A DNA stretch of 64,000 nt from an uncultured Desulfobacteraceae bacterium. GTDB lineage: Bacteria > Desulfobacterota > Desulfobacteria > Desulfobacterales > JALSRD01. Location: the NCBI GenBank assembly GCA_964476595.1, contig CAYZCL010000133.1, positions 179 to 64,178 of the forward strand, written 5' to 3'. Both the position numbers and the translations under genes were made by a program. Shown in pieces: positions 45,987 through 55,676 of this stretch. The notes under the pieces were generated by a model. It ran no database searches and was not told where the DNA came from. It worked only from the letters and a program-made list of their open reading frames with translations. The stretch's first letter is position 1. Each line of letters begins with the position of its first letter.

Positions 45987-47845
45987 TTTTGGTTATACTT
46001 GCTGATGTCTTTTAAAAACCGTTTGAGTTCTGCATCAAATAACCGATGACGCCGTAAAAACGGAGCATGACCGCCGTTTTCGATTTTATGCACCTTATTT
46101 TCCCACAGATTGGAATACGAAATGCCGGCAATATACGTCTGATTGATAAAAGGATCGTCGCTGCCATTGATGATAGCAACGGGTGTCATCCCGGATTTCA
46201 AAGCGCGAAGTTGCCGCGGCCAGTCGACCGTCAGCGTTTTCGTGAATACGAAAGCCCGCGCCCGGCCATCCGTCCTTTTGACGGCGTTGTGTAAAAACTT
46301 CGTTTCCGGACGGATCGGACCGACCGTGGCGACAGCGTACTGATGCGCTTCACGCGGTGTAAAAAAAAGACGGTTTGTCAGTTCCATATGGACGCTGGCA
46401 TGGTACCCCGCATCAAGATCATCGGGCAAGCGCCCGATGGGCGAAGTTCCGCAGATTACCAGGCCAGACAGAGGGAAACCGCGAGCATTCAGCTCCAGGG
46501 CAACATATCCACCCAGCGACCATCCGAGTATAACGGGGCGCTCAATCCCCTTTATTTTCAAAATTTCTTCCGCAATATCCGCATATACCGCAATATCGTA
46601 AGTGACATCCGGTTGCCTGGCGTTTTCGGAGACACCGTGACCGGGGAGATCAAAGGCCAGCAGGCGATGGGATTTTGCGAGCGACTGGAATTGATGAAAA
46701 AAGACTTCCTTACACGAGGAATTGCCATGTATCAGTACCACGCATGGTTTATCACCACCTGTGTCTGAGACAGCGATACGCCCGTGGGAAGTGGAAATCA
46801 TCCTTTCAATAGCACCCAAAAGCTGATTCCGAAAGGCCCTATGCCGATACCGATGCCAGGCAGCCACGAAGCCGGACCATCGCGCCGCCATGAATTTCCT
46901 GATTTCCTGAATCGCCGCCCAGAGCCCTCCGGGATAAAATATCAGTACAACCACGATGGCACCTGATATGATAATATTTCTCCAGGCACCAAGCTCTGCG
47001 AACGCTTCAGCAAAAAAAGTGAGCAATAGCGCCGATACCAGGGATCCCCATAAAGTCGCGATTCCCCCCAGCAAAAGGATGCTCAATATTAACGTCAACG
47101 TACCCAGGCCAAAGGTATCCGGAGAGGCAACACGGATATACGAACCGAAAAACGCACCGGCGATTCCAGTGAACAAAGCGCTGCCCATCAGCGTGATCAC
47201 GCGTTGACGTGCCTGTGAAACCCCTCGGGCAATGGCATAGTATTTGTGATCTCTCAAGGCGATGATGCCCCGTCCGATACGCGACTTGATCAACCGGTGC
47301 AAATAGATCGTGGAAAGGATGAACAAGACCAATGCCGTATAGTAATAACCAATCTTGCCATTTTTAATAAAACTGTAGGAACCTATTTTCAGCGCCGGTA
47401 GCGTGACCATCCCCATGGTCCCGCCGGTAATATCGGACTGGCTGATCACGATTTGTAACAACAGCTGCGAAAAGGCAATCGTAACCAGAATGACGTAAAT
47501 ACCGCTCAGCCGTAAAATCGGCAGCGCCAGAACAGCGGCAAGCGCGATTGCCACAATGCCGCCGGCGGGAATAGCCAGCCAGGGCGACAGGCCAAGAGTC
47601 TTGGCCAGGATGCCGTAGGTATAGATTCCCACGGCAAAAAACGAAACATGCGCAAAATTGAAAATACCACCGTAGCCAAGACTCAAATCCCAATTACTGG
47701 CAACGATGGCATAAACAAAATACAATATAAAAATGTGCTGCGTATAACTTCCCGAAAATATCCAGGGCGCAATGATAAAAAAGGCCAGCACCATCATAGC
47801 CGGCCGAAAACCGCCACTTCTGATAAAGGGTTGATCGTATTTCAC
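45983..47845 (-). CDS. fusion protein: LivM-type ABC permease (N) plus alpha/beta-hydrolase (C)
   Basis: 620 aa. Residues ~1-320 form a branched-chain-type permease (..LSLGYGGIFNFAHVSFFAVG..). Residues ~345-620 carry ..VVLIHGNSS.., GWSLGG (GxSxG) and ..GGHAPF... Its GTG start overlaps the livH-like stop. Confidence 0.8.
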   Translation of the reverse strand: MKYDQPFIRSGGFRPAMMVLAFFIIAPWIFSGSYTQHIFILYFVYAIVASNWDLSLGYGGIFNFAHVSFFAVGIYTYGILAKTLGLSPWLAIPAGGIVAIALAAVLALPILRLSGIYVILVTIAFSQLLLQIVISQSDITGGTMGMVTLPALKIGSYSFIKNGKIGYYYTALVLFILSTIYLHRLIKSRIGRGIIALRDHKYYAIARGVSQARQRVITLMGSALFTGIAGAFFGSYIRVASPDTFGLGTLTLILSILLLGGIATLWGSLVSALLLTFFAEAFAELGAWRNIIISGAIVVVLIFYPGGLWAAIQEIRKFMAARWSGFVAAWHRYRHRAFRNQLLGAIERMISTSHGRIAVSDTGGDKPCVVLIHGNSSCKEVFFHQFQSLAKSHRLLAFDLPGHGVSENARQPDVTYDIAVYADIAEEILKIKGIERPVILGWSLGGYVALELNARGFPLSGLVICGTSPIGRLPDDLDAGYHASVHMELTNRLFFTPREAHQYAVATVGPIRPETKFLHNAVKRTDGRARAFVFTKTLTVDWPRQLRALKSGMTPVAIINGSDDPFINQTYIAGISYSNLWENKVHKIENGGHAPFLRRHRLFDAELKRFLKDISKYNQK

Positions 47846-48732
47846 GATACAATCCTCTCAAATTTACCAAACAACCCTTCAGGCTTGATCATCAGGACCG
47901 CGATCATAACGATAAATAAAACCGTCGGCGCCCAATATAAACCAACAAAATAGATACTAAATGCCTCAATAATGCCGATGACATAGGCGGCCTTGACCGG
48001 GCTGCTCAACCGGGCAACACCCCCGAAAATAACGACAACCAGGGCTTTCATCAGGGGGTCATTGCCCATGGTCGGGGTAATAAACCGGATTGATCCCAGA
48101 AAGACACCCGCCAGCCCGGCGAGCCCGGCTGAGATACCAAAAGCGAGCAGATATAGCCGTTCTACATTCAGCCCCATCAATTCGCCGGCTTCACGGTTCT
48201 GGGCCACGGCGCGCATGGCCAATCCTATTTTGGTTTTGTGTAAAAGGAGCCACAAAAGAACAATCAGGACCGGAACAAAAAGAATAATCAATGTCTCCTG
48301 GGCGGAAATGGTTACGCCAAACAGGGAGACGTTGCCTTCGATGATCCGCGGCAACTGCTTGGACCGCCCGCCCCACAGGAGAATGGCTATGTTTTCCAGC
48401 AGAGAGGCACCGGCCAGGGTGGTAATAACGGCCAGCAGCACGAGATTGTCTTTTTTCTCAAACGGCCGTATTAAAAAAGTTTGAAAAAAAAGACCGATGG
48501 CGAAAACACCCCCGACTCCCGCAACCACCGCAATGGATAATCCGAGGCCCCACGCACTGGCGCTGGCCACTTGCCAGGCAATATAAGCACCCGCCGCAAT
48601 AAAAACGCCATGCGAAAAATTAAAAATGCCCAGGGTGGTCCAGACAACCGCCAGACCGACCGCCATCAGAGCATAAAGGGATCCTAAAACCACGCCACTG
48701 GTTAACGTATAAAGAAACGCCTGGAATGTCAT
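47842..48732 (-). CDS. LivH-type ABC permease
   Basis: 296 aa from the ATG at 48732 (ATGA overlap), with ..GIFNFSHGVF.. and ..VVIFGGVARL... Confidence 0.85.
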   Translation of the reverse strand: MTFQAFLYTLTSGVVLGSLYALMAVGLAVVWTTLGIFNFSHGVFIAAGAYIAWQVASASAWGLGLSIAVVAGVGGVFAIGLFFQTFLIRPFEKKDNLVLLAVITTLAGASLLENIAILLWGGRSKQLPRIIEGNVSLFGVTISAQETLIILFVPVLIVLLWLLLHKTKIGLAMRAVAQNREAGELMGLNVERLYLLAFGISAGLAGLAGVFLGSIRFITPTMGNDPLMKALVVVIFGGVARLSSPVKAAYVIGIIEAFSIYFVGLYWAPTVLFIVMIAVLMIKPEGLFGKFERIVS

Positions 48733-49517
48733 TGGCACACATTACCAAAGTACATATTCATAATATCCTGGTGGTCAGGCATGTTTTCCCGGGTTATGGG
48801 TGAAGAGATGCCGCCGTGATCAAACATATAGATCGTATCAACCAGATTGAGAAGGAGTTCAATATCCTGTTCCACCAATATGATGGGAACACCGAAATTC
48901 TTAATCGTCTCAATGGCCTGTCCCAAATGTAACTTGACCTTGGGCGCCAGCCCTAAAGTGGGTTCGTCAAGAATTAATAATTTAGGCTGCCCCATAAGCC
49001 CTACGCCGATGGCAACCATTTGTCTCTCGCCGCCGGACAAGGACTTTATTTTTTGATGACGGCGTTCAGCCAGAATCGGGAAAAGTGTTTCCACAAAGGC
49101 TCGCGTTTGCCTGGTTTGGGATTTTTTGCCGGAGTCGACGCTGCCGGCAAGATCAAGGGTTTCGTCAATGGTCAGTTCCGGAAAAAGGAGATTCCCCTGG
49201 GGAACCTGAATCAAACCCGATCGAGCCACTTTTTGCGGATTCATGCGCCGTCGCCGCAGCACGCTATAGTTGAAATTGCTGCTTGACCGACGCTGATATT
49301 CTCCGGGGCGGTTCAACTGTTTCCCTAAAAAAACAATCCGGCCCTCCCAGGGATCAATAAGACCGGAAATCGTCTTTAGGAGTGTTGTCTTACCATGGCC
49401 GTTGGGGCCAAATAAGCCAATGCTGGTTCCGCTTTCCATCACAAAAGATACGTCATGAAAAATTCGGACCGGTTCATATCCACCGCTAAGTCCTGATATT
49501 TCAAGAAGTGGTTGCAT
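48729..49517 (-). CDS. ABC ATP-binding protein (LivF-like)
   Basis: Walker A GPNGHGKTT, LSGGERQM and LILDEP. The ATG at 49517 follows GGAGG. Confidence 0.85.
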   Translation of the reverse strand: MQPLLEISGLSGGYEPVRIFHDVSFVMESGTSIGLFGPNGHGKTTLLKTISGLIDPWEGRIVFLGKQLNRPGEYQRRSSSNFNYSVLRRRRMNPQKVARSGLIQVPQGNLLFPELTIDETLDLAGSVDSGKKSQTRQTRAFVETLFPILAERRHQKIKSLSGGERQMVAIGVGLMGQPKLLILDEPTLGLAPKVKLHLGQAIETIKNFGVPIILVEQDIELLLNLVDTIYMFDHGGISSPITRENMPDHQDIMNMYFGNVCQ

Positions 49518-50268
49518 GCCCACCTCCCCGATCGCCTAAATACGCTTCGACCACTTTAGGGTCTCTGGTCACCTGGTCCGGTTTACCGATGCAAAGCAAT
49601 TTTCCATAATTGAGAACCAGCATCCGCTGGGAAATATCGGTGAGCAGTGCCAGGACGTGCTCGATCAGCAATATCGAAACCCCCGCGAGGTTGATCCGGA
49701 TAATGATATCTTTCAATTGTTGAACCTCAGGCCGGGTTAAACTCGAGGCCGGTTCATCAAGCAAAAGCAAGCGTGGTGATAGCGCAAAAGCACTGGCCAG
49801 CATGAGTTGTTTACGATTGTAAATGGGCAACGCACCTGCCAGTGCGTTATGCATGCTTTTGGGAAATCCGACAAAATCAAGCGCTTCTTCGGCACGTGCC
49901 TCGTTTTCCCGTGCCTGGCCGGCTGCGCTCGCGTGTTCGATAGCAACCAGAACATTGTCGAAGGCAGATAAGCCGGAAAAGGACGACTCCCTTTGGAATG
50001 TCCGCGCCAAACCGATTTGACAGATTCGATGCGGTGCCAATCGCGTGATATCACGTCCCTGGAAAATGACCTTGCCCTCATCTGCCCGGAAAGGAATCGA
50101 TGTAATAATGTTGAACAAGGTGCTTTTGCCACTGCCATTGGGTCCGGCGATACCTAGGATTTCATTTTCACCCACCTCGAAACTGACGTTATCTACCGCT
50201 GTCAGTGCGCCAAATCGTTTTGTTGCGCCCCGGACGGCAAAGAAAGCGGGTTTTTCCTGTATTGTCAT
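49501..50268 (-). CDS. ABC ATP-binding protein (LivG-like)
   Basis: GPNGSGKST and LLLDEP. The C-terminal extension is typical of LivG. Confidence 0.85.
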   Translation of the reverse strand: MTIQEKPAFFAVRGATKRFGALTAVDNVSFEVGENEILGIAGPNGSGKSTLFNIITSIPFRADEGKVIFQGRDITRLAPHRICQIGLARTFQRESSFSGLSAFDNVLVAIEHASAAGQARENEARAEEALDFVGFPKSMHNALAGALPIYNRKQLMLASAFALSPRLLLLDEPASSLTRPEVQQLKDIIIRINLAGVSILLIEHVLALLTDISQRMLVLNYGKLLCIGKPDQVTRDPKVVEAYLGDRGGGHATTS

Positions 50269-50384
50269 GGCGTTATCGACAAAATCATGAATCGACTTTC
50301 AAGCAATGAAGCACCCCATCGACCTATTGGGATCCAAAAGAGGAAGCGGCGACCATGAACCGTGGCCGCCACTTCCCGTTTCCC

Positions 50385-51647
50385 CTATTTCGACATCCAG
50401 GGCGCCGGTTTGAAGGAGCCAACTGCGTATTTGGACGGGCTGATCAATATACCTTTGCCATCCCAGATCTGATAGAAAGTTACGGGGATATGGTCGACAT
50501 CCTGGATGGCCAGGTGGGTCGCCGGATCGAAGGCGAGAACACCGGCGGCGGTATCCCGCTTCATTTTACCGATCGCTTGGGCAATGGCTTTATGCTTGGT
50601 AGGATCGCCCACCTGACGAAGCGCGTCGAAATAGAACTGCATCATATCGTAAAGGCCGATACCGTAAGGACCGGGCTCCGCCTTATACCGATTGCGATAT
50701 TCCTTCAACCTCTCCTGGCCCAGTGGCCATTTCGGTGTATCCAGTGGACCGCCGATCGCGTTATAAAGGACGCCGTTGGCATTTTTCCCGGTCAGTTTGA
50801 GAAATTCCGGAACCAGGGGCGCGTATTGCAAAAACACCAGGCTATCGGTAGGATCCTCGAGAAATTGATTCAGGAACAGGGCTGAATTGCCGGGGAGATA
50901 GTCTGTGTTTACCACCAGATCCGGGGGATTCTGGCGGACTTTGGCCAGAATGGCTCGCCAGTCGCTGACCTCGCCGAACGGCACCAGTTCATCCACGGTC
51001 ACTTTCCAGCCACCCTTTTTAAAAACAGTTTTCATGCCTTCGGAGATGGTCTTGGAATAGGGGTTGTCAGAAGAGATAATGGCCACCGTCTTATTTTTAA
51101 GTTTGATTTTTCCGGCCTTGGCCAATTTTTCAACAAGGGGCAGCAGAGCGGTCTCGTATCCCTTAAACGACGCCGTAAATGACCAGCAGCACCAGTAATC
51201 TTCAGGCGCCTTGCCGATAATACCCGCCGTCGCGCCGGCTGGACCGGCAATCATGAAAGGCATGCCAGCCTCTTTCATCAGGTCAATCTCAAAGTTCGAC
51301 AGGCTGGCATATCCGGTAATAATGAAATGAATATCGGCATCGCCCAGGAGCCGTTCGGCCGCACTGGTGACGTTTGCCGCCGACATGTCCTTGACATCGG
51401 CGGTTTCAATTTCAAATGTATATCCAGCGATCCCTCCAGCCTTGTTGGCTTCATCAACAGCCCACTTGACGGCGCGGACGTAATCCTCACCATCGGCAGA
51501 CGCCGGTCCGGTCAAGGGTGCCAGAATGCCTATCTTGATTACTTTGGCTTCTACTGCTTGATACTGTCCACCCAACGCTATCATTGCCATCACACCGAAC
51601 AAGATAAACAAGACGCTTAAATTCAAACTCCGTTTCGACCGCATCAT
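50385..51647 (-). CDS. ABC substrate-binding protein, type-1 periplasmic binding fold (LivK-like)
   Basis: 420 aa with a signal peptide, then ..IKIGILAPLTGPASADGED... Confidence 0.85.
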   Translation of the reverse strand: MMRSKRSLNLSVLFILFGVMAMIALGGQYQAVEAKVIKIGILAPLTGPASADGEDYVRAVKWAVDEANKAGGIAGYTFEIETADVKDMSAANVTSAAERLLGDADIHFIITGYASLSNFEIDLMKEAGMPFMIAGPAGATAGIIGKAPEDYWCCWSFTASFKGYETALLPLVEKLAKAGKIKLKNKTVAIISSDNPYSKTISEGMKTVFKKGGWKVTVDELVPFGEVSDWRAILAKVRQNPPDLVVNTDYLPGNSALFLNQFLEDPTDSLVFLQYAPLVPEFLKLTGKNANGVLYNAIGGPLDTPKWPLGQERLKEYRNRYKAEPGPYGIGLYDMMQFYFDALRQVGDPTKHKAIAQAIGKMKRDTAAGVLAFDPATHLAIQDVDHIPVTFYQIWDGKGILISPSKYAVGSFKPAPWMSK

Positions 51648-51934
51648 AATCCTCCTTTTGTTTCAATCCCGGGCTGAAAACTTTTCAACTCACAAGTAAA
51701 TGGATCCGGTTGATTTACGTGCATAATGATATTTTAAATGCTTTGCAAGTATTTTTTTAAATGCCATTAAAATTTCATCAATAGCACTTAAAAATAAACA
51801 GCCCATTATCGGTCCTGGCCTTTACAAATACCAAGGATGAAAGCCAACTGAACCAGTGGTTGTTTTTTTAAGAAAGAATGTGACGCCTTGGTGAAGAAAG
51901 CGCCACCAAAGGCTCACACAACAATAACTTAACA

Positions 51935-52375
51935 TTTCAAGCGTATTGCATATGAACGTGGGCAAATCGACATTCGAGAGGCGTTCATAGACGGCAGCTT
52001 CGCACCGGCAAAAAAAGGGGTCTTGCTGTCGGCAGGACAAAACGCGGCAAGGGCACCAGGATCATGGCAATCGCAGACGCTTCCGGTCTTCCTGTCGCCG
52101 CTTACGTTGAAAGCGCTGCGCCCCACGAAGTAAAACGGGTCGGGCAAACGATAGAAAGCTGTTTTACGCGCTATGCTGCGGATAAGCTTATTGGCGACAA
52201 GACCTGCGACAGCGATAAACTCGATCAGCAGCTTCAAAAGGACCGTGGCGTTGAAATGATTGCGCCACATCGAAGGAATAGAACAAGAGCACGCATCCAG
52301 GATGGACAAAAACTCAGGCGATACAGGCGCCGATGGAAACTCGAAAGACTGTTTGCAAGGCTGCAGAACTTCAGG
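51935..52375 (+). pseudogene. truncated, frameshifted IS5-family (IS427-like) transposase fragment
   Basis: IDIREAFIDGSFAPAKKG changes frame at an A7G run to GLAVGRTKRGKGTRIMAIADASGLPVAAYVESA..RRYRRRWKLERLFARLQNFRR. Both ends are missing. Confidence 0.65.
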
Positions 52376-53738
52376 CGTGAATGCCGTAACGCTTCATCCA
52401 GTGCCACACCGTCACCCGTGACACGCCCAGCAACCGCGCCGCCTCGGCGCGGTTGCCGCCGGTCCTGCGCAGCGCCTCCAGCAGGTGATGTTTTTTCATC
52501 TCCTCGTGCCGCAGCGGACGTGCAGGCGGATCGGCCTCCGCGGACCCGGAGGGGTCACCGATATGCTCGGGCAGGTGCTCCGGCTGTATCTTGGGGCCCA
52601 GGCAACGTATGGCGGCATATTCGAAGGCGCTCTTGAGTTCACGCACGTTGCCCGGCCACCGATAGGCCATCAGCCGGTCCAGCGCCTCCCGGCTGATCCC
52701 CGCAAGAGGCTTTTCGTTTTTCATGCAGATCCTGCGTAGGAAATAATCCGCCAGCAGGGGAATGTCCTCGGGCCGTTCGCGCAGGGGCGGCATGCGGATG
52801 GGGATCACGTTGATGCGGAAATAAAAGTCCTCCCGCAGGTCTCCCCTGCGGACCCGTTCCTCGAGGTTGCGGTGGGTGGCCGAGATGATGCGGACATCCA
52901 CCGGAATGGGCGTGTTGTCCCCCACCCGCTCGATGACCTTTTGCTCCAGCACGCGCAGGAGCTTGACCTGCGTCGCGGGCGGGATGTCCCCGATTTCGTC
53001 GAGGAAAATGTCGCCACCCTGGGCGGCCTCGAACCGTCCCCGGCGATCCCGGTAAGCACCGGTAAAGGCCCCCTTGACGTGCCCGAAGAGCTCGCTTTCC
53101 AGCAGGGACGCGCTCAGAGCGGCACAGTTGATCTTGACGAACGCTTTGTTGCGGCGCCTTCCGCACCGGTGCAGCGCATCGGCGGCCAGTTCCTTGCCGG
53201 TGCCGCTCTCGCCCAGGATGATGATGGGGGCATCCGACTGCGCCGCACTGGAAATCAGGTCGAACACCCTGCGCATGGCCGGCGAGTTGCCCAGCAGGCC
53301 GTAAAAGCGGTCCTCCGACCGCAGTTCCCTGCGGAAAACCTCGACCTGCCGTTGGCTCTCGACCAGCATCGAGATGTTGGTGACGGTCTCGACACTGCCG
53401 ATGACCCCTCCCTGCTCATCGTGCAGCAGGCGGGCGTTCTTGAGAACGTGAACGACCTCACCACTCTTGCTCACCAGGGTGCAGCGGTGGTTGTCCAGCC
53501 GGCCCGTCCGGAACAGGATGCACCAGTTATCGAGGCCGCGGCCACGAGCGATCTCGCAATAGCTGCAGTTGATGGTGGTGCAGGGCTGACCGATGATCTC
53601 GTCCCTGGCGTAACCGGTCATTTCTTCGAATGCCCGGTTGACCGAGAGGATGGTGCCCTGCCGGTCGACGATCATGACACCGTCCTGGATGGTCTCGACG
53701 ACCGTTTTCCAGTGGGCTTCGAGGTAGGAACCGTACAT
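52371..53738 (-). CDS. sigma-54-dependent transcriptional activator (PAS, AAA+, HTH_8)
   Basis: 455 aa with a Cys-rich PAS segment (CTTINCSYCEIARG..NWC), GESGTGKE, GAFTGA and ESELFGH. It ends with a Fis-type HTH. Confidence 0.9.
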   Translation of the reverse strand: MYGSYLEAHWKTVVETIQDGVMIVDRQGTILSVNRAFEEMTGYARDEIIGQPCTTINCSYCEIARGRGLDNWCILFRTGRLDNHRCTLVSKSGEVVHVLKNARLLHDEQGGVIGSVETVTNISMLVESQRQVEVFRRELRSEDRFYGLLGNSPAMRRVFDLISSAAQSDAPIIILGESGTGKELAADALHRCGRRRNKAFVKINCAALSASLLESELFGHVKGAFTGAYRDRRGRFEAAQGGDIFLDEIGDIPPATQVKLLRVLEQKVIERVGDNTPIPVDVRIISATHRNLEERVRRGDLREDFYFRINVIPIRMPPLRERPEDIPLLADYFLRRICMKNEKPLAGISREALDRLMAYRWPGNVRELKSAFEYAAIRCLGPKIQPEHLPEHIGDPSGSAEADPPARPLRHEEMKKHHLLEALRRTGGNRAEAARLLGVSRVTVWHWMKRYGIHA

Positions 53739-53753
53739 TTGCTAACTCCCCTG

Positions 53754-53786
53754 CGTTAAATTTTTTAACTGACGTTAAATTTTTTA
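53754..53786. repeat. two identical 14-mers CGTTAAATTTTTTA, 19-bp period
   Basis: At 53754-53767 and 53773-53786. They lie in the divergent region, 133-165 bp upstream of the sigma-54 promoter. Confidence 0.5.
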
Positions 53787-53918
53787 TCATGCCTCGATTC
53801 CCCATGCAAGCCAAATCGGCGCCACCGGTCGTCGGCTGTCGTCTGCGGTCATTCTAACAGCCCAACGATACAAGTAAAACAGGAGCCAATACCCGTCACT
53901 GAAATAGCGTTCGCAGCA

Positions 53919-53934
53919 TGGCACCGAAGTTGCT
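53919..53934 (+). promoter_or_regulatory. sigma-54 promoter (-24 TGGCAC / -12 TTGCT)
   Basis: TGGCACCGAAGTTGCT is a perfect match to TGGCAC-N5-TTGCW. It ends 157 nt upstream of the porin GTG and is adjacent to a divergent EBP gene. Confidence 0.65.
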
Positions 53935-54090
53935 CCAGAGAGGGGCAACCATCGACCACGGCCCCGTCGTTCGCAAAACGGGGGCCGTATTCCACGAGGG
54001 GAGGTGATGCGCAAGGTACGAAAAAGGTTCATGTGTCGCCTTGTCCAAAACCCATTGTCGATCCATACGATTCACAAGGAGGAAACAAAA

Positions 54091-55311
54091 GTGAAGAAAA
54101 TTATCGTTCTTTCCGCCGTTATTGCCGTGATGTTCTGGGCGCTTCCTGCGTCCGCCGTGGATCAGTGGGATTTTTACGGCAGCGCCCGAATGGAGACATT
54201 TTACAATGCCGGAAAAGCCGCTACGTTGATGAATGCCCACGACGACGGCAACATCAACGAGGACGACGCCGAAACCCAGTGGAGCCTGTCGCCCATCGCC
54301 CGCATCGGCGCCAAGGTCAAGCACGGGCACGTCAGCGGCTACTTCGAGTACGGTCCGGGCGTCAACTTGCGCAAGCTCTACGCCACCTGGCGGCCTTGGG
54401 GGGATCAGTCCTGGGAACTGCTGGTGGGCCAGACCTATACACCCATCAATGTGTTCTACTCCGGGCAGACCTATGCCGCCGACGAAGGCCTACTCTCTAC
54501 CGGCCAGATGTACGACGGCCGCCATCCCATGGTGCAGGTGTCGTACAAGGGCTTTAAACTGGCCCTCGTCAATGTCGGCAACGCCAGCGACCTGGGCACC
54601 CTCTTTGCGTCCGAGCCCGGCGGCGAGCTGGACTCGCCGGGAGACGTTGACGTGCTGATTCCCAAGATTGCGGCCAGTTACCATTATAGCGCCGACAACT
54701 TCTTTTTCGACCTGGTGGGCGGCTACCAGACCTACCGGATCGAGAACCCCAACGGTTTCGGCGGAGACCTCGACGTCGATGCCTTCATGTTCGGCGGCGG
54801 CGGCGGTGTCAATTTCGGACCCGCATACGTCAAGGCCGCCGGCTATTATGGCCAGAACATTGGCAATTACGGTATGTGGACCAATGCCAACGGCTATTTC
54901 GGCAAGCCCATGCTCAAACCGGGTGCACCCGTTGCGGGCCTGTGGGCCGTCGATGCCGCCAGCGCCGTGGTGACCTATAACCGCGACGCCACAGGAGCCC
55001 TGAGCTATGACACCGAGGACACCACCGTCTGGAGCGCCCTGGGTGTGGTGGGCTTCAACGTCAACGACATGATCCGACTGGAAGCCGGTGTGGGCTACGT
55101 CGACTATGACAACGACTACTTCATCGCCGACGGAAAGGTGATGGCCACCTATCTGCAGGCGCCCATCACCTTTGCCAAAGGGGTCTTCATGGTCCCTGAA
55201 ATCGGCTACTACAACATTGACAGCCGCCTGGACATGCTGGACGACAACGGCTCCGCCCGCGACGGTGAAGATTTCTGGTACATCGGCGCCAAGTGGCAGA
55301 TCAACTTCTAG
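54091..55311 (+). CDS. outer-membrane beta-barrel porin-like protein
   Basis: 406 aa from the GTG at 54091 (AAGGAGG RBS). It has a signal peptide ..ALPASA, alternating aromatic/Gly-rich strands and a C-terminal ..GAKWQINF. Confidence 0.7.
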   Translation: MKKIIVLSAVIAVMFWALPASAVDQWDFYGSARMETFYNAGKAATLMNAHDDGNINEDDAETQWSLSPIARIGAKVKHGHVSGYFEYGPGVNLRKLYATWRPWGDQSWELLVGQTYTPINVFYSGQTYAADEGLLSTGQMYDGRHPMVQVSYKGFKLALVNVGNASDLGTLFASEPGGELDSPGDVDVLIPKIAASYHYSADNFFFDLVGGYQTYRIENPNGFGGDLDVDAFMFGGGGGVNFGPAYVKAAGYYGQNIGNYGMWTNANGYFGKPMLKPGAPVAGLWAVDAASAVVTYNRDATGALSYDTEDTTVWSALGVVGFNVNDMIRLEAGVGYVDYDNDYFIADGKVMATYLQAPITFAKGVFMVPEIGYYNIDSRLDMLDDNGSARDGEDFWYIGAKWQINF

Positions 55312-55676
55312 CCGACCACGGCTCGCCATCGAACGATCCTGAAAAAGCCGCCTCCGCTTCCACGGGGGCGGCGTGCCCCGCCGCACCCGCGGCTTGCGTC
55401 TTCCCCCCTTTTGAATTAATTTCGGTAAAAGGTTTCAATTGTCTTGAAGCCCTTTGGGATTTCCGTTTTCATCCCGCACCGGCGGAACGTCCGGGGCCGT
55501 CGGCCCGGTCCACCGGGACCCGACGACACTTTTCCCGGTTCCGCGTCAAACGCGAAAATCGATCAACTTTGATCTAAGTCAATTACACACCGCACGGATT
55601 GGGGTAAATTGTTTTCATTAAGATTGCGGGGAGGTGTGCGATTACATCATCCAGCTCGTCATGAAAGGACTCTCAA

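Larger units (their letters stand above)
43570..52375. mobile_element. 8.8-kb low-G+C island bounded by degenerate IS fragments
   Basis: Sharp compositional switch near 43570 and at 52375, which abuts the stop codon of the sigma-54 activator. Transposase remnants lie at both ends. The cargo is an XRE regulator plus a five-gene Liv-type ABC system. Confidence 0.6.
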
